DNA of 64,000 nt, from contig NC_091979.1 in NCBI RefSeq assembly GCF_044704955.1, positions 305,536,001-305,600,000 of the forward strand, written 5' to 3'. This document shows positions 13,091 to 25,483 of the stretch, in pieces. The DNA is from Pristiophorus japonicus. Taxonomy: Eukaryota. How positions within the stretch are numbered: position 1 is the first letter of the stretch; each line of letters opens with the position of its first letter. The notes under the pieces were generated by a model, which was given only the letters and a program-made list of their open reading frames with translations, did not search any database and was not told the origin of the DNA. Made by a program: the position numbers and the translations under genes.

Positions 13091-13260
13091 CAAGCAGCTT
13101 GACAAATCAGAGGCAGTGGAAGGGTCGACAGAGGTGGTGGTAAGGTAGAGCTTGGGTGTTGTCAGTATACATGTGGAACCTGATGTTTTGGATGATGCCA
13201 CTGAGAGGTAGCATGTAGCTGAGAAATAGGAGGGGGCCAAGGAGAAATCTTTGGGGAACA
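13088..13260 (-). mobile_element. L2-type RT fragment
   Basis: Minus strand reads FHMY.D.T.LYLTTTS.DPSTASDLSSCLS-like. Confidence 0.6.
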
Positions 13261-13904
13261 TTAGAGTGCACTGATCTCTGCATCTGAATTCCTGATGCAC
13301 AGCTTTGTAAGATCGAAGTGTCTAACAGCAGTAAGTCATAAAATATTATTTATATACATAATACTTCAAAACTGTTTACCATTATAAATATGGACGTAGG
13401 GGATACCACTACTTCTTGCCTTGGCAGCACACAGTCTGGCATTTAGACAGGTTACAGTAGCAACTGCTTTGGCCCAGATCTGCTGGTACTGTGGAAATCC
13501 AAGCTCTGCAATTTTCAGTCACCGGCCAGCGTCGCACATGTCACCACGTACAAACAGCAGACACATCGTTGAAGGAGGCACTTTGTGGCCATCGGCAGTT
13601 TCATGGGTTGTCTGTCTAAGCTGTAATAGAAGCTCCCTCATGTACTGCTGCTGAAACTGCTCTGAAACATTGATATTCTACAGTTGCTGTTAGTGACTAA
13701 ATCCGCTTTCCTGAAATCTGCAAAATAAAGATCACTTTATCAATCTCTGATCTCGAATTACTGGCAGAGTTGATCTGAAACCAGAAAGCCATCCAAAACA
13801 CAGCTCCTTCAATTTCTTGCAAATTTAGCCAACTGCTCCCATCTCTAAACCTTTAATGGCCCCAGCCTTATCTTCTTCATTCGTCAACATTCTTGGCCTT
13901 ACTA

Positions 13905-14100
13905 TTTAGGAACACAGGAATTGCTAGACAAAAAAAGACCCAGGGTCCATCTAGTTTGCCTTCTACCATCCTGGTCGCCGAATGATACAATGATAATGTA
14001 GTTGCTGACTAATCATAATATTCAGTCTCTATCAATTAGTCTACAACAGACCCAGACATGAGGTGAGTAAAACCGGCAGAGGTGAAGAATTTTGGAAACC
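13905..14100 (-). mobile_element. Old CR1-like 3' terminus
   Basis: AGGAACACAGGAA...AAAAGACCCAGGGTCCATCTAGTTTGCC resembles a CR1 terminus in reverse. Confidence 0.45.
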
Positions 14101-14112
14101 ATAGAATGACTT

Positions 14113-17100
14113 ACATAAAGAAAGATTTACATTTATATGGTACCTTTCACGACCACTGGATGTCTCAAAGCGCATTACAGCCAATGAAGTACTATTCTGG
14201 AGTGCAGTTACTGTTGTAATGTGGCAACCAATTTGCGCACAGCAAGTTCCCACAAACAAATGTGAAAAACATAGAAACATGGAAATTTACAGCGCAGAAG
14301 GAGGCCATTTCGGCCCATCATGTCCACGCTGGCCGACAAAGAGCTACACATCCCTCGGTCAGCAGCCCGAAAGGTTACATATAAACCTATGAACAATGAC
14401 AAAGGCAAAGAGCACCCAGCCCAACCAATCCGCCTCACCACAACTACGACACCCATTATACTGAAACATCTTGCACCCCAACCAGAGCCATGTGATCTGG
14501 GAGAGGCAAAAAACAGAAAAAAACACAGGCCAATTTAGGGAGAAAAAATCTGGGAAAATCCCTCTCCGACCCATCCAGGTGATCGAAACTAGTCCAGGAG
14601 ATCACCCTGGCCGTATTCTATTCCCTGCAGTACTTACCATTATATCTGCTCTGTCCAACAAAAGGTCATCCGGTCTAATCCCAATTACCAGCTCTAGGTC
14701 CGTAACCCTGCAGGTTACTGAACTTAAGTGCCCATCCAACCATCTCTTATAAGTGGTGAGGGTTTCTGCATCCACCATTCTCCCAGGTAATGAGTTCCAG
14801 ATCCCCACAACCCTCTGCATAAAGAACCCCCCCCCCCTCAGATCCCCTCTAAACCTTCCACCAACCACCTTTAAAACTATGCCCCTTCATAATAGACCTC
14901 TCCACCAATGGAAATAGACCCTTACTATCCACTATGTCCAGGCCCCTCAATATTTTGTACACCTCAATGAGGTCTCCTCTCGATCTCCTCTGTTCCAATG
15001 AGAACAAACCCAACCTATCCAATCTGTCCTCATAACTAAGATTCTCCATTCCAGGCAGCATTCTAGTAAATCTCCTCTGCACCCTCTCCAGTGCAATCAC
15101 GTCCTTCCTACAATACGGCGACCAGAACTGCACGCAATACTCCAGCTGTGCCCTAACCAAAGTATTATACAATTTAAGCATAACCTCCCTGCTCTTCTAT
15201 TCTATGCCTCGGCCAATAAAGGCAAACATTCCGTGTGCCTCCTTAACCACCTTATCCACCTGGCCTGCTACTTTCAGGAATCTGTGGACAAGCACTCCAA
15301 GGTCCCTTTGTTCATCTACACTATTAAGTGGCCTACCGCTTAATGTGCATACCCTTTCCTTATTAGCTCTCCCAAAGTGCATCACCTCACACTTCTCTGA
15401 ATTAAATTCCATTTACCACTGCTCTGCCCACCTGACCAGTAGATGGATATCCTCCTGCAGTCCATGACTTTCCTCTTCATTATCAACCACACAGCCAATT
15501 TTAGTGTCATCTGCAAACTTCTTGATCATACTCCCTATATTCAAATCTAAATCATTGATATATACCACAAAAAGTAAGGGTCCTAGTACTGAGCCCTGCG
15601 GAACCCCACTGGAAACATCCTTCCAGTCACAAAAACACCCATCGATCATTACCCTTCGCTTCCTACCTCCAAGCCAATTTTGGATCCAACTTGCCACTTT
15701 GCCTTGTATCTCATGGGCTTTAACCTTTATGACCAGTCTACCATGTGGGACCTTATCAAAAGCTTTGCTAAAGTCCATATATATTACATCGACCCTCTTG
15801 GTCACCTCCTCAAAAAATTCAATCAGGTTAGTCAGACACGATCTTCCCTGAACAAATCCGTGCTGACTGTCCCTAATTAATCCTTGTCTTTCCAAATGCA
15901 GATTTATCCTGTCTTTCAGAATTTTTTCCAATAATTTTCCTACCACTGAGGTTAGGCTGACAGGCCTGTAATTCTGTAATTACTTAGCCTATCCCTTTCT
16001 CCCTTCTTAAACAAGGGTACTACATTAGCAGTCCTCCAATCCTCCGGCACCATGCCTAGATCCAAAGAGGACTGGAAAATGATGGTCATTTCCTCTTTTA
16101 CTTCGCTCAACAGCCTGGGATGCATTTCATCCAGGCCCGGGGACTTATCTACTTTCAAAGCTGCTAAACCCCTTAATACTTCCCCCCTCATTATATTTAT
16201 TTCATCCAAAATATCACACTCCTCCTCGATAGCAGTATCAGCATTGCCCCTTTCCTTTGTGAAAACAGATGCAAAGTATTCGTTAAGAACCTTACCAACA
16301 TCTTCCACCTCCACACAAAGATTCCCCTCATGGTCTATAACAGGCCCGACCATTTCTTTAGTTACCCTCTTACTCTTAATATATTTATCGAACATCTTGG
16401 GGTTTTCCTTAATTTTACTGGCCAAGAATTTCTCATGCTCTCTCAGCATTCCTAATATCCTTTTTAATTTTGCCTTTTAACTTTCTATATTCCTCTAAAG
16501 ATTCTATAGTATTTAGCCGTTGATATATGACATAAGCATCCCTTTTTTCTTAATCCTCCCCTGTAAGTCCCTAGACATCGAGAATTATTTTTCCCAACCT
16601 TTTTCTTTAAGGGCACATGTTTGCCCTGAGCCTTCCAGATCTCCTCCTTAAATGCCTCCCACTGTTCCGTCACTGATTTAACTACAAGTAGCTGTTTCCA
16701 GTCCACTATGGCCAAATCACTCCTTAACTTAGCAAAATTAGCTTTTCCCCAATTCGGAACTTTTATTCCAGGCCTATTCTTGTCCTTATCCATAACCAAC
16801 TTGAATCTGACTGAATTATGGTCACTGGCACCCAAGTGCTCTCCCACTAATACCCCTTCAACCTGCCCAGCTTCATTCCCCAAAACTACATCCAAGACCG
16901 CCCCCTCTCATGTTGGGTTTGCTACATACTGACTAAAAAAGTTCTCTTGAATGCATTTCAAGAATTCTGCAACCTCTATACCCTTCACACTAAATTTATC
17001 CCAATCAATATTTGAATAGTTAAAATTCCTTACTATGGTTTTTGGATAATCTGTTTGCGATGTTGATTGATAGATAAATATTGGCCAGCACACTGGGGAT

Positions 17101-17345
17101 AACTCCCTTGCTCTTCTTCAAAACAGTATCATGGGATCTTTTATGTCCATCTGAGCGAGCAGACGGGACTTCGGGTTAATGTCTTATCCAAAAGACAGCA
17201 CCTCTGACAGTGCAACACTCTCTCAGCACTGTACTGGAGTGTCAGCCTCGATTTGTTTTATGTGCTCAAGTCCCTAGAGTGGTACTTAAACACACAACCT
17301 TCTAACTCAGAGGTGAGTGTGCTACCCACCGAGCCACAGCTGACA
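14113..17345 (-). mobile_element. Deu-SINE split by a CR1 insertion (pieces ~14113-14266 and ~17045-17345)
   Basis: The tail piece and the Deu core/tRNA head piece are colinear with the intact copy at 41323-41782. Confidence 0.8.
14268..17036 (-). mobile_element. CR1 LINE (second family, long 3' UTR), partial EN + RT
   Basis: ORFs with [55 protein letters not shown]. Confidence 0.95.
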
Positions 17346-17719
17346 ATAGGTTCAAAGTCACCCGTTCCTCCTAAGTGTGCTATACTTAACCACATTGCTT
17401 GTCTCAAATTACTCACAAACTGTCTCCCAAACTATTACTTTCTGAAACAGATCTCGCTGATTTGCATTTGAATGACACACTAACTGCTTGCATCGTATCG
17501 CTCGGGAATCTGTTCCATACATTTAACACTCACCATCTCCTGTGACTAAATTAAATAATTTCCTCTTAGATGAAAACATGTCTTTTCTTTTCTCTCTCTA
17601 CGAAGCCCAAATCCATCTAAGGCTGATTATTGTTCCCATATCTGGAGAGAGTCTCTGAATACTTCTCTCACTTTAATGGGCAGGGTAGAAGAAAAAGCTC
17701 AAGATCTGAGGGACAGTCA

Positions 17720-17885
17720 CTCCCTCACCTCCAAGAAGGTCCCAGCTCTCTCTCCCTCACCTCCAAGAAGGTCCCAGCTCTCTCTCCCTCACCTCCAAGA
17801 AAGTCCCAGCTCTCTCTCCCTCACCTCCAAGAAGGTCCCAACTCTCTCTCGCTCACCTCCAAGAAGGTTCATGCTCTCTCTCAAC
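17720..17885. repeat. Minisatellite, ~32-34 bp x5 (CTCCCTCACCTCCAAGAAGGTCCCAGCTCTCT)
   Basis: Tandem units read directly. Confidence 0.9.
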
Positions 17886-18017
17886 CTATCTCTCTCGTCT
17901 TTCTCTATTTGATGAACAACATTTTTGCTCCACAGTACTTTCCTCCCTTTCTAAACTCCAAATATATCATCCTATGTCCCTGCTATTTTGAAATTAAGGC
18001 ATGTAACACAGTCTCCC

Positions 18018-18230
18018 TGTTATGTATGTAAACACTACCAATGTGTAAGACTTGCCACCAGGGGGCTCACTTGTGGGAGACCCAAGGTTCTCCTGCACAC
18101 CCTGGGCAAGCAGGTATAAAAGGCAGACTACCATGCTACCTCTTCACTCTGGAGTTCCAATAACGAGACCAAGGTCACAACAGTTTGAGCTTAAGATGTA
18201 CAGTCTTGTGGAGTTATTCTAAATGTAACA
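18018..18230 (+). mobile_element. Solo LTR
   Basis: TGTTA...TAACA termini, perfect 5-bp TSD CTCCC, internal TATAAAA and AATAA. Confidence 0.9.
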
Positions 18231-18649
18231 CTCCCAATCTTACCTCATCCTTTTAAGGTCCGCAGAACCATTAAAACATCTCGTCGTCCCTTGGTCTTTC
18301 CTTCAGGCTGTTAAAAACCGAAGCTTAACATCAGTTCATTTACCTAATCTCTTTTCAATCTTGGCATTATCCTGTGCAACATGCCCATTCCCTTAGGTTC
18401 TCAATAATAATTTAAAAAATGGAATATTAAGCATTGAGTGCAGTTTAACTTTGATGGTATGCAGCCCTACAGAAAAGGGCAAGCTTTTAAACTTCAGAGC
18501 AAACTGCTTGTACCATCTTTCTCACACTAATGATTATAAAGTACCAACTGTGTCGCTGGCTCTTGACCATTAGACATCATACTAGTGTTGAGGGCCCTTT
18601 AGGTAACATCTGAGCAGCCGATTGAAGACCGTATGAAGGTAGAAGTGAA

Positions 18650-18860
18650 GGAAAGAACCAGCATTTATATAGTGTGCAATCGTGTCCTTGGCCTGTTCCA
18701 AAGAGCTTCTCGGCCATAGATTAGTTTTGAAGTGCAGTTGCTGTTCTGCCGCAAAAGCTGGTTTGAGCACAGCAAGATCCCCACCAACAGCAAATGAATG
18801 AGCGACGGGTTAATCAGTTTTTGATGGTGATGGTCAATTGAGGGACCTTGACCACGACTG
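18650..18860 (-). mobile_element. Degenerate SINE 3' part
   Basis: GCATTTATATAG...GCACAGCAAGATCCCC tail motifs. Confidence 0.55.
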
Positions 18861-19231
18861 CGGGAGAAGTCTCTGCGCCTTCGGGAGAGGAGTAAAGAGG
18901 GAGTAGCTACTTCCAGCAGTAAGCTGGAGCCCAGATAAAGACCAGAATTTAACACGCCCCGAGAGAGTGGGGAAAGGCTTCTCCTGCAGCAAGCACCTGG
19001 TTTTTCAAGCTGTCAGAGTTCCTTCTGTGTGTGGGGGCAAGCAAAGCAGCAAGATTTTGTTCCTAAATATTTTGGGGAGAGGTTTTATACTGCCTACTGT
19101 GTGTGTGGGGCCGGGGCGGTGGGGGGGGGGGCTTTAATCGCAAGGGAGGGGTCAGCATATCTCTCTCTCCCACACCAGTCTGAGGTAGTACGATAAACTC
19201 CACGCGGGATAAACTGTCCGGAGCCTGCTTC

Positions 19232-19658
19232 AAACACAACAACTTGCGTTTATACCGCACCTTTAACATACAATGTCCCCAAGGCACTTCAAGGTTCACA
19301 GGAGTGCAATCAGGCAACAATTGACACTGAGCCATAGGGTAGGTGACAAAGATTGGCCAAAGAGGTAGGTTTTAAGTAATGCCTTAAAGAAAGAGAAAGA
19401 GGTAGAGAGGCTTAGGGAGGGAATTCCAGAGGGTTAGGGTCTAAACAGCTGAAGGCACGACCACCAATGGTGGGATGAAGGAAGTGGGGGCCATCGTTGG
19501 AGGAGTGCAGAAGTCTAAAAGGTTTGTCGGGATGGTGGAGGTTAGAGATAGTGAGGGGCGAGGCCATTGAAGGATTTGAACATGAGGATGAGAATTTTAA
19601 AATGGAGGCGTTGGTGGAACAGGAGCCAATGTAGGTCAGCGAGCACAGGGGTGATGGA
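19232..19658 (-). mobile_element. L2-type LINE 3' fragment
   Basis: Reverse-complement similarity to the L2 copies at 29210-29880 and 55016-55530. Confidence 0.75.
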
Positions 19659-19889
19659 GTTTGTTTAAAGCAGCGCCTCCTTTTGTGGCGGGGAGAGGGA
19701 AACTACTCTGTTGGTGGATACACCCAGCTTTGGTATATACATCCAGCACACGACCTTGTCTCAAAGCAAACCGACATTGAAAGGAATGCACTATTTCAGC
19801 ATTACCGGCTTCATACCGAAATATTAATACAGCATACTCCTAAAACATCGACCAAGAATGTTCCAAATAAAGCTGAATTGGGTTTGAGG

Positions 19890-20362
19890 TCCTGGTCTTC
19901 AAACACTCTTCCTCAGGCAACCGAAGGCTGCACTGGCACACTGAGGCAGTGTTGGACCTCGTTGTCGATGTCTGCCCTTGTTGACAGTAGGCTCCCGAGG
20001 TATCCAAGGCCTTGTCATGAATTTTATAACTGGGGGGCAGTGCTGTACGGCAGGGGCAGGTTGGTAGAGGACTTTTGTCTTATGGGTGTTTAGTGTAAGG
20101 CCCATGCTCTCGTACGCCTCGTTGAAGGTGTCGACGATGGCTTGGAGATCGGCCTCTGAGTGTGCGCAGACGCAAGCGTTGTCTGATTACTGTAATTCGA
20201 TGACGGAGGATAGGACGACCTTGGATCTGGCCTAGAGGTGGCGGAAGTTGAACAGATTCCTGTTTGTCCTGTAATTTAGCTCCACTTCAGCGGAGAGTTT
20301 GCTGAGGGTGAAGATGGAGCATTGCAGCAAGGAATATCAAGAAGAGTGTTGGTGCGATAACT
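19890..20362 (-). mobile_element. RTE LINE RT fragment
   Basis: MGLTLNTHKTKVLYQPAP; QCASAAFGCLRKSV. Confidence 0.85.
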
Positions 20363-20369
20363 GATTACC

Positions 20370-20985
20370 TGAATAGGAGGTAATTAGTGTGAGCAGTTGC
20401 AACTTCGATGTGGCTCAAAAGGTGTACAAAGTCGATCATCTGCTGAAGCATAGAGCGCAACATGAACAGAGGGGGAAGTTGAGAATTTTGGTGAGAGTGG
20501 GAATTCGGTGCAGGGGGGGAAGGAGGTGTTCCTTTTTGCCTTTAATACTTGTAGTGGTTCGTGTAAGTTTGAGGCAGTAAGTATTTAAAATATTATTCTG
20601 TGTTTTAGCACTGAGTGCATGTTAATGTGTAAAAATCGAATAATAATCTATCAATAAATATAGATTAAAATATGGCAGAGCAGATTGTATGTCTGGACTG
20701 TATATGGGAGTTTGTGGACAGCGGGACTGTCCTGACCAAACACGTCTTGCATTAGATGTCTCCCCGTCGAATCTTTCCGGTTCAGAGTCACTGAGCTGGA
20801 GTGCGAGTTGGAGACACTCTGGGAAGAGTATCTGGACAGTTTGCTCCAGACCTCGGCCATACCTTGCAGAGAGGTGCAGGATCAGAAAGGGGTTGGTGTG
20901 ACCGATAGTGTACAGAGTAAGGAGAACCCAGGTGAGATGGAGAACGAGGATCCGCAGCAACAGATACTATCCAAGTTGTTGCAGT
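20370..20985 (+). mobile_element. CR1 5' UTR and decayed ORF1 N-terminus (zinc finger/leucine zipper)
   Basis: ATG at ~20672: MAEQIVCLDCIWEFVDSGTV..HV, then after a frameshift RFRVTELECELETL...YLDSLLQ. Confidence 0.7.
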
Positions 20986-21765
20986 AACATAGAAGCATAG
21001 AAAACAGGTGCAGGAGTAGGCCATTCAGTCCTTTGAGCCTGCAACGCCATTCAATATGATCATGGCTGATCATGCAACTTCAGTACCCTACTTCCCGCTT
21101 TCTCTCCATACCCCCTGATCCCTTTAGCCATAAGGGCCACATCTAACTCCCTCTTGACTATATCCAATGAACTGGACTCAACAACTTTCTGTGGTGGAGA
21201 ATTTCACAGATTCACCACTGGGTGAAAAAATTTCTCCTCATCTCAGTCCTAAATGGCTTACCCCTTATCCTTAGACTGTGACACCTGGTTCTGGACTTCC
21301 CCAACATCAGGAACATTCTTCCTGGCTCTAACCTGTCCAATCCTGTCAAAATGTTATGTTTCTATGAGATCCCCTCTCATTCTTCTAAATTCCAGTGAGT
21401 ATAAGCCTAGCCAATCCAGTCTTTCTTCATATGTCAGTCCTGCCATCCCGGGAATTAGTCTGGTGAACCTTCGCTGCACTCCCTCAATAGCAAGCACGTC
21501 CTTCCTCAGATTAGGAGACCAATACTCAAGGTGTGGTCTCACCAAGGCCCTGTACAACTGCAGTAAGATCTCCCTGCTCCTATATTCAAATCCCCTCGCC
21601 ATGAAGGCCAGCATGCCATTTGCTTTCTTTACTGCCTGCTGGACCTGCACTGCATGCCTACCTTCAGTGACTGATGTACCATGACACCCAGGTCTTGTAC
21701 CTCCCATTTTAATAATCTGTCACCATTCAGATTATAATCTGCCTTCCTGATAATCTGCCTTCCTG
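20986..21765 (-). mobile_element. CR1 LINE 3' fragment
   Basis: VQQAVKKANGMLAFMARGFEYRS...RMRGDLIET; CATAGAA tail. Confidence 0.92.
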
Positions 21766-22962
21766 ATTGAATTTTTGAAGAGATGACTAAAGTAGTAGAC
21801 AGGGGAATGCCTATGGATGTTATTTTTATGGACCGTTAGAAGGCATTTGATAAAGTCCCTCATATGAGACTGTTAGCTAAAGTTCATGAAACTCATGGAA
21901 TTGAAGGCAAATTATTGACCTGGTTAAGAAATTGGCTGAGCGGCAGGAAGCAGAGCGTAGGGATAATGGGCAGGTACTCTAATTAGCAGGATGTAACTCG
22001 TGGTATCCCACAGGGATCTGTGACGGGGCCTCAACTATTCACCTTATTTATTAACAACTTACACGTTGGGATAGAAAACCACATAAACAAGTTTGCAGAT
22101 GACAGGCGGCATTGTAAGCAATGTATTTGGAAGCATAAAATTATGAAGAGATATTAATAGATTAAGTGAATGGGCAAAACTGTGGCAAATGGATTTCAAT
22201 ATAGGCAAGTGTGAGGTCATCCACTTTGATCCTAATAAGGATATATCCGAGTATTTACTGAATGCCAGAAACAGTGGAGGTCCAGAGAGACTTGGAGGGC
22301 CGTGTACATAGATCATCAAAATGTCATGGACTGGTACAGAAAATAATCAAAAAGGCTAATGGAATGCTGGGCTTTATATTTAGAGGACTAGAATACAAGG
22401 GGGTAGAAGTTATGCTGCAGCTGTACAAAGCCCTGGTTAGACCACACCTGGAGTACTGGGAGCAGTTCTGGGCACCATACTTTAGGAAGGATATATTGGC
22501 CTTGGAGGCACTGCAGTGCAGATTTACCAGAATAATACTTGAACTAAATTACGAGGAGAGATTACACAAATTAGGGTTGATACCCTGGAATTTAGAAGGC
22601 TCTGGGGTGATTTAATTGAAGTTTTCAAAATATTAAGGGGAAATGATAGGATGGCTAGGGAGAAACTAGTTCCACTGGTCGGAAAGTCTAGGCCTAGGGG
22701 ACTGGCCTAAAGATTAGAGCCAGGCCTTTCAGGAGTGAAACACTTCTATACCCAAAGGATGGTGGAAGTTTGGAACTTTCACAAACAGCAGTTGATGCCA
22801 GGTCAACCATTAATTTTAAATCTGAGATTGATAGATTTTTGTTAACCAAAGGTATTAAGAGATATGGGGCAAAGGATATGGAGTTAGATCACAGATCAGC
22901 AATGATCTTACTGAATGATGGAACAGGCTTGAGAGGCTAAATGGCCTACTCCTGTTCCTATG
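21766..22962 (+). mobile_element. CR1 LINE RT/3' fragment (diverged)
   Basis: EFFEE...[36 protein letters not shown]; CR1 terminus. Confidence 0.9.
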
Positions 22963-23062
22963 TTCGCAGTCTGTGTAGCCTGTCTTCATAATTTAACCCT
23001 TTTCGCCCTGGTATTCTGGTGAATCTGTGCGGCATCCCCTCCAAGGCCAACATATCCTGAAT
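22963..23062 (-). mobile_element. Short CR1 fragment
   Basis: DMLALEGMPHRFTRIPG..GLNYEDRLHRL. Confidence 0.7.
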
Positions 23063-23684
23063 CACTTTTTTCCCTAGCAGCATAGTTCTAGGGCTACCAT
23101 TGAATGTTTGTTTATCAAAATGGATGGATGTTTGTAGATTTCTGTATAATAGCAATAATCCATTCATATGACTCTACATGGGAAGGAATTGTTGGCGTTT
23201 TTTGAATCATGTCAATAATTGTTTTTCTGAAAGAGTAATAGAAGCTAGACTAAAGCATAATGCCCGATGAGGTCTTAAAACCAATCAGTATTATTGTTTT
23301 TAAAGCCAGTTTCAAATAACAATATTACGAAGGAAATCCAATGGGAAACAGAAGAATAGTTTACTTGGGAATCTGACCAAGACCATATCTGACGAACTAG
23401 AACAAGTGCTTCGAGGAAATGGACAACTTAGGAAGGATCCTGATGTGAAAACATGTCGGTACGCGGGGTCAGTCACTGGAACTGTAGACATTCCCAACAT
23501 TCCTTCACTTGTATTGAATGAAGGAAACAGAAATACATGAAAGCCTGAAGGAGAAATCCAACTGTTGAAGGCTCTAAATTGGAGGTGCATTTTCAGGAAG
23601 ATGTGATGCATTGTGGTGCATTTTAAGCACTTTTGAATTTTCACCATCCCAACCTGGCCATCACGTCACCAAAAGTTCACAGGC

Positions 23685-24386
23685 GGTGTGCCAGTGCAGC
23701 CTTCGGCCGCCTGAGGAAAAGAGTGTTCGAAGACCAGGCCCTCAAATACCCCCCCTCCTGTATGGATCAGAGGCATGGAGGCATAGACGATGTAAAGAGA
23801 ACACCTCAAGTCGCTGGAGAAATATCACCAACGATGTCGCCGCAAGATCCTGCAAATCCCCTGGGAGGACAGGCGCACCAACATCAGCGTCCTCGTCCAG
23901 GCTAACATCCCCAGCATTGAAGCACTGACCACTCTCGATCAACTTCGCTGGGCAGGCCACATAGTTCGCATACCAGACACGAGGCTCCCGAAGCAAATGC
24001 TCTGTGTGGAGCTCCTTCATGGCAAACGAGCCAAAGGTGGGCAGCGGAAACGTTACAAGGACATCCTCAAAGCCTCCCTGATCAAGTGCGACATCACCAC
24101 TGACTCCTTAGCTGAAGACCGCCGAATGTGGAGAAAGTGCATCCAGGAGGGCGGTGAGCTCTTCGAATCTCAACGCCGAGAGCGTGAAGAAGTCAAGCGC
24201 AGGCAGCGGAAGGAGCATGCGGCAAACCAGTCCCACCCACCCCGTCCCTCGGCAAATATCTGTCCCACTTGTAACGGAGTCTGTGGCTCTCATATTGGAC
24301 TGTTCAGCCACCAGAGAACTCACTTCAGGAGTGGAAGCAAGTCTTCCTCGATTCTGAGATACTGTCGATGATGATGATGATGATGA
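23685..24386 (+). mobile_element. RTE LINE 3' fragment
   Basis: CASAAFGRLRKRVFEDQ, GGQRKRYKDILKASL, CPTC..H motif, (GAT)n tail. Confidence 0.93.
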
Positions 24387-25014
24387 CTACTTCACAGGCT
24401 AGTCTCCCATAACAAACTCTTCCACCCCAGTTGACCGAGGTACTCTACACACTCGGGCCCAGTTCACAAAGACTCCTCTTCCAACTCCTCACCTTTTCAC
24501 AGAGATACTCTTCTCCCTCTTCCTCCTCTCCAATGGAATATCTATCTCTCGCTCTCCTCTGTGTTTCTCCTCTATCTTCCCTCACTCCTCTCGCTCTCAT
24601 CCCCACTCTTTCTCCAAGTCCTCTCTCCTCTCCCTCTCTTGTGCCAGCACCCCAGGGTGAGGGATGATCCCGCTCTGATGATTGCTGCTGGGATTGTGTA
24701 TGAATTTACTTTGGGTGAGAGCAGGAGTGGGGTTGATATGATTTCCACTCCCTCCAAACACTAAAGAAGCTTGCCAACACTCAATGTTTACACGTGCATA
24801 ATGGCCACCAGGAAAGGCACAAGTGGCACTCGTGCCTAGGGAAGGAGTCAATGCAGTCAGGAAAGGGGCAGAGAGGAGACAAGAGTGGAGAAAAGTGATA
24901 GCACCATGTAGATGTGTAGGAGCGTTGTTAGCAGAGTTCCCGCTCCGTATGAGACTCCGATGACTATCAGATCTGACTGGAGGGGAAGAGTGAGCTGTGA
25001 AACCTTCTTCTATG

Positions 25015-25180
25015 TCAACAACAATTACTTGCAGTTATGTGGCGCCTTTAATGTAGGAAAATATCCCAAGCTTCACAGAAATGTAGTCAGACAAAAATGG
25101 ACACTGAGCCAAAGAAGAAGATATTAGGAGGAGTGACTGAAGTTTTGGTCAAAGAGGAAGGGCTTAAGAATGAGAGACAT
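25015..25180 (-). mobile_element. L2-type 3' end fragment
   Basis: CAACAA..ACTTGCAGTTAT...GACACTGAGCCAAAG as at 19232. Confidence 0.55.
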
Positions 25181-25483
25181 CAATTACTGTACTGACACAG
25201 AGAGAAGGGTCATAGATCATGGCAGAATTTGGACTAGAATTAAGCAGCAAAGATTTCCCCAAAACTGTTGGAGTAATCAGTGTAATGAAGGTGAAGGGCT
25301 CTTTCAGCAACATCAATCTGTTGCTGTTAATGGGGCTCGTAATCCCTTTACACATTAATGAGAAAGGCACATTTGCTCGCCTTGACTGAGTAAAACTGCA
25401 ACGCTGGTGACATCCTAACCTACCTACAATAAAGAAGTTGCTCTCACTGGACTTTGATACATAAACGTTAATGGCGAGCAAGT

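Noticed and set aside
13380-13670. Minus-strand frame broken only by one TGA (possible selenocysteine)
   Set aside because: No resemblance to a known selenoprotein, no SECIS identified, and stops lie between the acceptor and this frame
19181-19232. let-7-like start TGAGGTAGTA
   Set aside because: Only 10 nt match; the rest of the mature sequence and a proper precursor stem are absent
23305-23540. Plus-strand open frame FQITILRRK...GNRNT after an AG
   Set aside because: No recognisable homology and a length compatible with chance
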